DNA of 64,000 nt from Pelagomonas calceolata (lineage: Eukaryota). The translations under genes and the position numbers were made by a program. Below the pieces are notes generated by a model that saw only the letters and a program-made list of their open reading frames with translations, searched no databases and was not told where the DNA came from. Location: assembly GCA_918797485.1 (NCBI GenBank), contig CAKKNE010000005.1, forward strand, positions 3,844,001-3,908,000, written 5' to 3'. Below, in pieces: positions 49,784 through 57,695 of the stretch (position 1 is its first letter; each line of letters begins with the position of its first letter).

Positions 49784-52700
49784 TTAGTCGCCTGGCGAGC
49801 TCTCCGGCGCGTCGGCGGCCGGCGCCGCGGGCGCCGCCGGCGCCGCCTTGGGGATCTTCCCTTCCAAATCTTTCACCTTCGAGTCGAGGTCCTTGCGTAA
49901 CGAGTCCACGCCCGCCTGGGCTTCCGCGGCCGCCTTCTGCGAGCTCTGGGCCGCGTTCCGCACAGCATCCAAGGTCTGGTTGCGGTTCGACGTCTCGTCG
50001 TCGATCTTGTCAGTGAGCTCATCCTTCACTTCAGTGATGGACGTCTTGACGCCGTCGACTGCCGATGACAGCTCCGACAGCGCCTCGCCGCGCGCCGTCA
50101 CTTCGGCCGCGATCCGCTCCGTCAGCTCGTTAGCCAGCGCTTCTCGTGCCCCTTCCATTTCGGTCGCTCGCTTCTCGTTGGCCACCTCGAGCTCATCGAC
50201 GGCTTTTTCAATCCTTTCCTCCAATTCTTCTTGCCGCTTTTCGTCCGCTTCTGTATTTGCCTTGAGCTTCTCTAGGAGCGCGTCCTCGAGCGTCCCCTGG
50301 CCTTCCATCAGATCCTTGACGTTCTCATCAACCTCGGTACGGACCTTGTCCATGCCTGCCTGCATCTCCTCGGCCAACTCATCCGCCCGATCCGAAGCCT
50401 CCTTCTTCGCAGCGTCGAGCGCGGACTTCGTCGCGACGTCGGCCGTCTCGCGCGCGGACACCGTGTCCAGGGAATACCGCGCGAGGGCCGCGGACCGGTG
50501 CGAGGCCCTCGAGGAGGCGCTTCCTCGTGCCAGCGCCGACTCGGACCGCGAGGACGCGATCGACGCCCGCAGCGACGACTCGACCCGATGGATATCTGTC
50601 GCCACGTCCGAGAAGCCGGCGCGCATCGCTGATTGAGCTTTTTCGCTGAGGTCGTTCACGGCGTCGCGCCGCTCCTCGGCCTCGGTGTCCAAGCGCTCCC
50701 CGAGCTCGTTGTCGCCCTCCTCCCTAGCCTCTTCCGCAGCATCCAACCGATCACCCAAAAACGTGACGTTCGTGTCCAACCGCTCACCGAGCTCCTCGAA
50801 CGACTGCCTGACCTCCTTGTCGTGGACCTCGTTCTGCGCCCGCCGCAGCGAGCGACTCACGAGACGCGCGCGTTCCGCGTCCGCGAATTGCCTTTCCCTA
50901 TCGTCGCGCTCAACAGCTAATGCCGCGGCCAAACCTTGGTCGCGCGCCTCGCTCTCGGCGGCCACGCGCTGGACCTCGCGGCCCATGCGCGCGTTCCGCG
51001 CCGCGGCCTCGTTGTCCGCGATGCGGTGCACGACGGCATCCAAAGCCGCCGACGACGTGAACCGTCTTCGAATGTCGTCCTCTTGGACGGCGCGATACGC
51101 GGCCTCGGCCTTGAGCGCCTTCGCCGAGAGCTCGAAGCGCTTCTTCGACCTAGCTTCACACGCGGCCAATTCGTCGTCCTGCGTCGCGTCGCGCGCCATC
51201 TGCGCCTGGTCCGCGACGCGGTCGACCAAATCATCTATTACTGAAGCGGCACCAGTCCTCCTCGCCAGCGCCCGCTGTCTTTCTTCAGCTTCTAGCCGCA
51301 AGCCTCGCGCCAGGGCGTCCCGGTTGCCAGCCTCCTTGGAAACCTTATCATCGGCATCCCGCCGCGCCTGCTCCACCAGCGCCTCGGCCGCCGCCTGGAG
51401 CTGGCCCTTCGTCTCCGCGATCAACTCACGGAGCTGCTCCGCGTAGTCCTCGTCGGCGACGCGCCGCTCGCGACCCTCGGCCTCGACCAACGCCCTAGCT
51501 GCGGCTCTCGCCGCCCGCCCCTCGGCCACGGCATCGTTCGCGTAGGCCTCGCGCGCCTCCACCAAATTCCTCTCGAGGTCCGCGGCGCGCGCGTCGGCGA
51601 TGGCCGCTTGGGCAGCCGCGATCGCGTTCTGCGTCTCGGCCAGGTTCTTCTTGGTCAGCGCGACGTGGTCCTGACGTCTCGTGGATTCATCAGTCGTGAG
51701 TTGCGTGGCCGTCTCCACGGCCCGCGCGTAGCAGTCGCCGATCTCATCCCTAACATCTCTCACGTCGTTCGCCTCGCGCACGTCGAGTAGTGATACAGAA
51801 CTCGTAACTTCGTGGAACAGCGCGCGCGTGCCGGCGGCCAACGCGGACGTCGCCGACGAGGCGGCGTCCCAGGCGTTGCGCGTCATGCGCGCGGCGTATT
51901 GAGCTTCGCTGGCGATGGTCGCTTCTAGCGTCGCGCGCGCATCACTTAAAGCATCGCGTGATCGTTCATCTAGAGCAGCCAACGACGCGAAGCTAGACGC
52001 CTCCGACGACCACAGCGCCTCCGACGCGTTACGCACCGCGTCATCCAGATTATCTTGTAATTGTTGACCCATCTCCTTGGCTTGCGATACAGAGCTATGA
52101 TACCACGCCTCGGCCTCCGCTCGCACCTCGTTGCTACGAGCTTCGTGCTTGGCATCTAAAGCAGGTAACGCCGTGTGTTCGAGGTACGAGACCCGTTTCG
52201 CCAGCAACTGGAACCTCCAATAATCGTCCGCCCGCTCCGCCGTCCGCACCGCCGCCTGCGCGTTCATGCAGTCGCGCACGTGCTGCGCCCGTCGGTGATC
52301 TAGTTTATGCATGTCCTTCCTTAAGTCAGATAACCCTTGAGCAACTCGAAGAGCCGTCTCGCGCATTTCTCTCGTGGCGTCGGCCACGTCGTCGACCATA
52401 TCGGTCAATTGTTTCCCTAAGCGAGACGACACCTCGAGCAAATCCTGGCGCTGCGCATCTTCGGCGGCCATCTGCCGTCCCGCCAGTTTTTGAGCTCCAC
52501 TTCGACGAGCGGCGATTTCTGCAGAGAGAACTTGTTCTAATTCAGCAAACTTCTCCCCATACCTCTTCTCATTGGACGCCATGCGTCGCGAACACCTCGC
52601 TAGTGCTCTTGTGGTGGCGGCCTCGAAACTGATGGTAGCTTTTTCTACCTCGATAGACAGGTCGTTGACGCGTTCCACGGTCGTCCTATGAGCTAGAGCC

Positions 52701-53797
52701 ACGGCCGTCCTCAAGGCCTCGGCCTCGTCGGCTCTTGTAATCAGATCGGACTCCCTTATTTCACCAAGTGCTTTCCACTTCCCCTCCAGGTCATTGAGAC
52801 ACTCCTGGACGGCCTGCCGTCGGTCCTCGACCTCCTTTGCGACCTCGGCCTTGGTGGAAACGACCTCGCCCATGACGCGCTCCGTTCGCGTGCGCCCGCG
52901 ATCTTCGACGGCCTCGGCCAGCACCAGCGCCTGCTTCTCGACGTCGTTGAGTTGGGCTCGTCTAGCTAGTGCTTCATCATGTACTTTTCTCAGAGCTATA
53001 TCTTGCGCAAATTCTAGGCGACTCTCGACGTTCTTGATCCTTTCTTCCCCGAGCTCCCGCACTAATTGGACACGAGAAACAGCTTTCGTGGCTTCGCTCC
53101 GCACATCTACCAACTCCGTAGCCACCTTGTCGACCTCGTCCCGCTGCAACTCAACTATCGATGCAGTATTCGATTGGTCGTACATGGTCTTGCGCTGGTT
53201 TTGTAATAAAGCGTCCACATCATGCACGTTGCCGAGACGCTTTTCGACTAACTCGAGTCGTTGCGCGCCGTGCTCGATCGTACCCTCGGTCCGTTGTTCT
53301 AACTGTTTTAAACGCGTATTCAGCGTCTTGAGTAAATGGCCGTAGCCCTCGATGGTCCGCTCGTCTTCGGCCTGCCTCGCGGCGACTTGTAAGACAGCTT
53401 GCGTTGTTGGCGCTTCATTTCTAGCTTCCAGCTGCCTAGCTTCCCTCAGCAACTTCACTTCTGCTTGCACTTCTCTGAGTGTTCGTCTTTGCACCTCCAA
53501 TTCGAGCTCCGTCCTTTTCAGCTCAAGTAAGTAAGGCGACTCCGGGTCCAGCAGAGGCTGCTGCGTCACGAGTTGTAACTCTTCCGTTTGGGGCGGCGCC
53601 TCGGGCTGGTCGTCCTCGGGTGGCTCGGGCGTCGGCGTCCGGTCCTCTTCTCGCGGCGTCGCGCCCCGGACCGGGGGCAGGCCTTCGCTCTCCCGAAACG
53701 CCTGGAACGCCTCGGCGGGCGGCACGCGCGGCCTCCCCAGCAGCCCGGCCATGGACGTGCCGCCCTGCTGGTTCTGGTAGTTGCGTTGCGCTTGCAT
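49784..53797 (-). CDS. Long coiled-coil protein (1337 aa), function unknown
   Basis: Uninterrupted ORF rich in heptad-like E/A/R/L sequence. Confidence 0.75.
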   Translation of the reverse strand: MQAQRNYQNQQGGTSMAGLLGRPRVPPAEAFQAFRESEGLPPVRGATPREEDRTPTPEPPEDDQPEAPPQTEELQLVTQQPLLDPESPYLLELKRTELELEVQRRTLREVQAEVKLLREARQLEARNEAPTTQAVLQVAARQAEDERTIEGYGHLLKTLNTRLKQLEQRTEGTIEHGAQRLELVEKRLGNVHDVDALLQNQRKTMYDQSNTASIVELQRDEVDKVATELVDVRSEATKAVSRVQLVRELGEERIKNVESRLEFAQDIALRKVHDEALARRAQLNDVEKQALVLAEAVEDRGRTRTERVMGEVVSTKAEVAKEVEDRRQAVQECLNDLEGKWKALGEIRESDLITRADEAEALRTAVALAHRTTVERVNDLSIEVEKATISFEAATTRALARCSRRMASNEKRYGEKFAELEQVLSAEIAARRSGAQKLAGRQMAAEDAQRQDLLEVSSRLGKQLTDMVDDVADATREMRETALRVAQGLSDLRKDMHKLDHRRAQHVRDCMNAQAAVRTAERADDYWRFQLLAKRVSYLEHTALPALDAKHEARSNEVRAEAEAWYHSSVSQAKEMGQQLQDNLDDAVRNASEALWSSEASSFASLAALDERSRDALSDARATLEATIASEAQYAARMTRNAWDAASSATSALAAGTRALFHEVTSSVSLLDVREANDVRDVRDEIGDCYARAVETATQLTTDESTRRQDHVALTKKNLAETQNAIAAAQAAIADARAADLERNLVEAREAYANDAVAEGRAARAAARALVEAEGRERRVADEDYAEQLRELIAETKGQLQAAAEALVEQARRDADDKVSKEAGNRDALARGLRLEAEERQRALARRTGAASVIDDLVDRVADQAQMARDATQDDELAACEARSKKRFELSAKALKAEAAYRAVQEDDIRRRFTSSAALDAVVHRIADNEAAARNARMGREVQRVAAESEARDQGLAAALAVERDDRERQFADAERARLVSRSLRRAQNEVHDKEVRQSFEELGERLDTNVTFLGDRLDAAEEAREEGDNELGERLDTEAEERRDAVNDLSEKAQSAMRAGFSDVATDIHRVESSLRASIASSRSESALARGSASSRASHRSAALARYSLDTVSARETADVATKSALDAAKKEASDRADELAEEMQAGMDKVRTEVDENVKDLMEGQGTLEDALLEKLKANTEADEKRQEELEERIEKAVDELEVANEKRATEMEGAREALANELTERIAAEVTARGEALSELSSAVDGVKTSITEVKDELTDKIDDETSNRNQTLDAVRNAAQSSQKAAAEAQAGVDSLRKDLDSKVKDLEGKIPKAAPAAPAAPAADAPESSPGD

Positions 53798-54335
53798 CGT
53801 CGCGTTCTCCCTTGCGGCCGCCTCGGGTGTCGTGGCACCGGCGGCGCTTGGGCTGCTGCCCGAGGGCGCTCCTCTGGGGCAGCCGGGCCGTTACGGCTCG
53901 AGCTTTTTGGTGCAGCCCGTCGCGGTGCGACGCGAGAGGGCGCTGTTGATCTCGTCTTTCGCGTGACGCGTCCGCCGCGAAGGCTGTTTGCGCTGCCCTT
54001 CGCGTTGCGTCCACAGCGGCAAACGGGCCAAACTAGCGACGACAAACCCTCGAACTACGCGTCGCAGGCGTCCCGGGAGCCTTCACCCTTCCCTAAATCT
54101 AGGCGCGCGCGGGAGTCAAATCGGACGGGGTTGCCAAAACATACTAGTCTCAACGCGCTCCGCGGCCTCGCCTCCAGACGCGCCGCAGCACGCGTGGGAG
54201 CAAAAGAAGCTGCCCGCGAGCTCGTCGGCGCCACCCGACGCCCTCGCCGCGGCAGCAGTCCGCGAAATCATCGTCGCGAGCCGCAAGCTCCTCGACCACC
54301 CAAGGAGCTGCCCCGCCCTCGGCAAAAGACCCACC

Positions 54336-56201
54336 ATGGACGAGCCCGAGCTGAACATCGACGAGAAGGCCCAGCGCCAGTATGAATTGGTGGAAGCTTT
54401 GGTCGGCCGCATGCAGCGCATCTCGGCGAAGTCCACGGAGCGACTCCAAGGTTGCCGAGACGACCGCGACTGCTGGACGGACAAGTGCAGCCACGACATC
54501 TCGACGATCGAAGATGATATCCGGGCGGAGATGGGCCGGACCAAAAAAAGGCACAAGTCCAAGTTTTTACCTTCTGATGGTGGTTCTCCCACAGTGACAT
54601 GGAGGCATGCAAGAGAAACAGATAAAGGCAAGCAGCTCGAAGAGACCATCAACGAAGGCGTCGGGCACTTGTTTGCCGACGCGGGCACGAAGAAGTGGCG
54701 CAAGCCATCGTTAGCTGGCGTCGGGAGCGTGGGCGGCGGCGACCGGCGCGCGCGCGCGAGGTGTGAAAAACGATTAGCTCGCAATTGCGAGCCCTACATC
54801 ATGAGGAGCGTGGACAAGCTCACCTACCTCACGCCGGAGGACGCCGAGGCGTTTGAAAGAAAATCATTGGATGAGGCCTCGGACTCGGGCGACGACGAAT
54901 TGCAGAGGAGGCAACGGCTGCCGCCGGGCAGCGAGCGCTTCCCGATCCACGTCGCCGCCACCGAGATGAACCCCAAGCTCCTACTAACATACACGTGCGA
55001 GGGCATGGTGTTACCCTCCGGAGCGCGCGTCTTTAAGAGGTTTGCGACGTGCCAGCTGTCGTGCCATTTATTCGTGTACATGTACTGGTACGGCCACTGC
55101 CGCTTCTTCCAGGAAGACTCGGCGAAGGAGCAGGCCCACTTACTAAGGAGGGTCGCGACGTTATATGTGCGACTGCTGTCGGACGAGCGCTTCGCGAAGA
55201 ACCGGGACTTCTTCTTCCGCTACTACCCTTATGCGATTGCGGCGTCCATAAGCGCGGGGTTCCACTACTTGTGCCCCGGGTCGCGGAACATGTACACGAC
55301 GACGTTGAAGCGGCTGCTGTATCGGCAATGCGTCACCATCCTTACAGGAGCGGACTGCTGCGCCGAGTCCGTCATAGCGATGAGGGATCAGATCCTCCCG
55401 GACGAAATTGATAATGATGGAGACGCGGCGCCGTCGTTGCCTCCGTTGACGGTGCCGGACTCGGATGACGAACATAGTATCGAGGTCGACGCCTTCCTCG
55501 AAGATCACCAAGACGTGGAGAGCGTCCCGGAGGTGCCTACGATCATCCCGGCGTCGATGGCGTCGACGATCATTTTTGATGGACCGCCTGTGGAAGAAGA
55601 GGGTGAACTGGTCGCGGCGCGGCGCACCGGAGGCGGGAAGCAGCTCGAGGCCTGGGAGCAGCGGGAGATCAAGCGGAGGGCGCCTCCCCCAGAACCCGTC
55701 ACGAGCTTGGTCGGAGCCCGGGAATCGCTCCGATTCGGGCCCGCGCTGCCGGAGGGCCGGAAGACGCTCTTACCAAGGCAGCCGCGGGGGCGCTTCGACG
55801 CGGCCGCGCGGTCGAAGCTGTTGGACCAGTTCATGGAGAAGCCGCGGTTGGGGCGATCACAAAACGTCGACCGCACGGAGCCCGTGCCCTGGTGCAAGAC
55901 CGGCGGCGTCGTCACGCACGTCGCCGCGCCGCGCAAAAAGGCGTCGCGCGTCCATTCCGAGTTGGTGAAGGAGATCGATGCTGCCAAAAAAGCGTTCGTC
56001 CGGGATCTCGCCCAGAACATGTCCAATCATCGGCAAGGCATTAAGGATTTGGAGGACGACGAGCGGCGGGTGAATCGGGGCGGCGCGGCGGCGAAGGGGA
56101 GGTATGCCTTGGACCGCGTCCTGGACTTCATCGCCGAGGAGGAGGCGCTCAAGGAGCGCCAGGAGAAGGCGCGGCTGGAGGCGGAGGCGCTGCGGCGGTA
56201 G
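54336..56201 (+). CDS. FAM227-like (FWWh domain) protein
   Basis: ACCATG at 54336. LFVYMYWYGHCRFFQ..QAHLLRRVATLYVRLL..RDFFFRYYPYAIA..FHYLCPGS. Confidence 0.65.
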   Translation: MDEPELNIDEKAQRQYELVEALVGRMQRISAKSTERLQGCRDDRDCWTDKCSHDISTIEDDIRAEMGRTKKRHKSKFLPSDGGSPTVTWRHARETDKGKQLEETINEGVGHLFADAGTKKWRKPSLAGVGSVGGGDRRARARCEKRLARNCEPYIMRSVDKLTYLTPEDAEAFERKSLDEASDSGDDELQRRQRLPPGSERFPIHVAATEMNPKLLLTYTCEGMVLPSGARVFKRFATCQLSCHLFVYMYWYGHCRFFQEDSAKEQAHLLRRVATLYVRLLSDERFAKNRDFFFRYYPYAIAASISAGFHYLCPGSRNMYTTTLKRLLYRQCVTILTGADCCAESVIAMRDQILPDEIDNDGDAAPSLPPLTVPDSDDEHSIEVDAFLEDHQDVESVPEVPTIIPASMASTIIFDGPPVEEEGELVAARRTGGGKQLEAWEQREIKRRAPPPEPVTSLVGARESLRFGPALPEGRKTLLPRQPRGRFDAAARSKLLDQFMEKPRLGRSQNVDRTEPVPWCKTGGVVTHVAAPRKKASRVHSELVKEIDAAKKAFVRDLAQNMSNHRQGIKDLEDDERRVNRGGAAAKGRYALDRVLDFIAEEEALKERQEKARLEAEALRR

Positions 56202-56526
56202 TAACATTTCTAGTAGTCTTGGGCTTTCGTCGTCGTCGCGCCTGGCTCGAGTAGATGCTCGAGTACTAGTGATCGTAGATCGTGACGGGTTTTTCACCTC
56301 GAAAAAGCAAAGCGCATTTGCTGCTGTGAGGGTGCTCACTGGACTCGCCGCTCGTGGAACGACCCAGCAGAAAGCAAGTCAACGCGACACGCGCTCACCA
56401 GGTACAACTGGGACTCCAGGTACCAGCATATCTGGATTTCACCTCTCTCCACTCATTTGCCACTCGTTTGCCACTCTACGCCCTCAGTCGCAAAGAGAGA
56501 GAGTCGCAAATTAGCCTGAAATAAGC

Positions 56527-57606
56527 ATGAAAAAGCGCATTACTGTCGCGAGCGCCGTCGTCGCGGCGGCCGCGGCTGTGATGAGCGCTCTGCTCGCGCG
56601 CCGCGCCCAATTCTTCGCTAAGCCGAAGCGCTCGAACGAGACGTTCACGACGAGCGCGGGGCCGGTCGAGCTGCCCGTCCGCTATAGCGACGGAAGCCTC
56701 ATGGGCGCGTTCTGGCTCGTCGAGGAGACCAAAGCCGCCGCGCTGCTTCCGGACAACCTCGAGCCGTTGCTACTGCCCGGCAGAAACGCGGCGGCTGGGT
56801 TGTTCATGATGGACTATCGCAACTCGACCCTGGGCCCCTATGGCGAGGTCGGGATCGGCATCCAAGCCGTCCGCAAAGGCACGGGCGCGACGCTCATTGG
56901 GTATCTGTGGGACATGGTGGCGAACGTCTTCCACGTCGACGAGATGCTGTCGTTGTTTGAGCAGGACGACTCGGGCCTGTACGTCGTCACACTGCCGGTG
57001 ACCACCCAGTTCTCTGTCGCTGGCGGTCGCGAGGTATGGGGGTTCCCGAAATACCTGGCAGAGATGCAGTCAGACTTCTCCGATCCGAAGAAAGCTAGCT
57101 TTGCGCTCGGCGACGAGTTCTCCGCGACGCTCGAGCAGGGTTTTACGATCCCCACGCCCGGGCTCCCGTTCCTTACCTATACGGAACAGCCCAACGCGGA
57201 CATCACGCGCACAAAAATACGCGTCGGCCACACCTTCCGCTGGGGCGGCGCGCTAGAGCTCACCGTTCACGGCGACGGGCCGACCGCCGCCGCGATCAAG
57301 AAGCTCGGCTTGGCAGACAGCCCCGCGCTCGCCGTTTTTCGCACGGACGGCGTGAAGGCCGACCTCCCCGCGGGCAAGCGGCTCCCGTTCCTCTACTCGA
57401 CGAAAGACATTCCCACGCCGCCGCCGAGTTACGTCAGCGACAAGCACGTATTTGAGGGCTTTACGGCGCCGACGCCGCCGGTCGAAGAAACGCCGCGCGC
57501 GAGCTACGAGTTGGACCCGGCGCTGATCCAGCTCGTCGGCGTCCTCTGCCTCATCGGAGGTTGTCTGGGGTTGGTCGTCTACGCGATCTTGAGTATTGAT
57601 GAGTAA
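56527..57606 (+). CDS. Acetoacetate-decarboxylase-like protein with N- and C-terminal hydrophobic anchors
   Basis: VELPVRY, MDYRNSTLGPYGEVGI, LPVTT, GREVWGFPKYLA (family catalytic Lys motif). Confidence 0.75.
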   Translation: MKKRITVASAVVAAAAAVMSALLARRAQFFAKPKRSNETFTTSAGPVELPVRYSDGSLMGAFWLVEETKAAALLPDNLEPLLLPGRNAAAGLFMMDYRNSTLGPYGEVGIGIQAVRKGTGATLIGYLWDMVANVFHVDEMLSLFEQDDSGLYVVTLPVTTQFSVAGGREVWGFPKYLAEMQSDFSDPKKASFALGDEFSATLEQGFTIPTPGLPFLTYTEQPNADITRTKIRVGHTFRWGGALELTVHGDGPTAAAIKKLGLADSPALAVFRTDGVKADLPAGKRLPFLYSTKDIPTPPPSYVSDKHVFEGFTAPTPPVEETPRASYELDPALIQLVGVLCLIGGCLGLVVYAILSIDE

Positions 57607-57695
57607 TTCTTAGTAGATGACCGGTCAAAAAAACGTCGGGCGAATCGGAAGAGTCGAAGGCGAATTCGCCCGCCAAAAAGCCTCAGCGCGACGGC

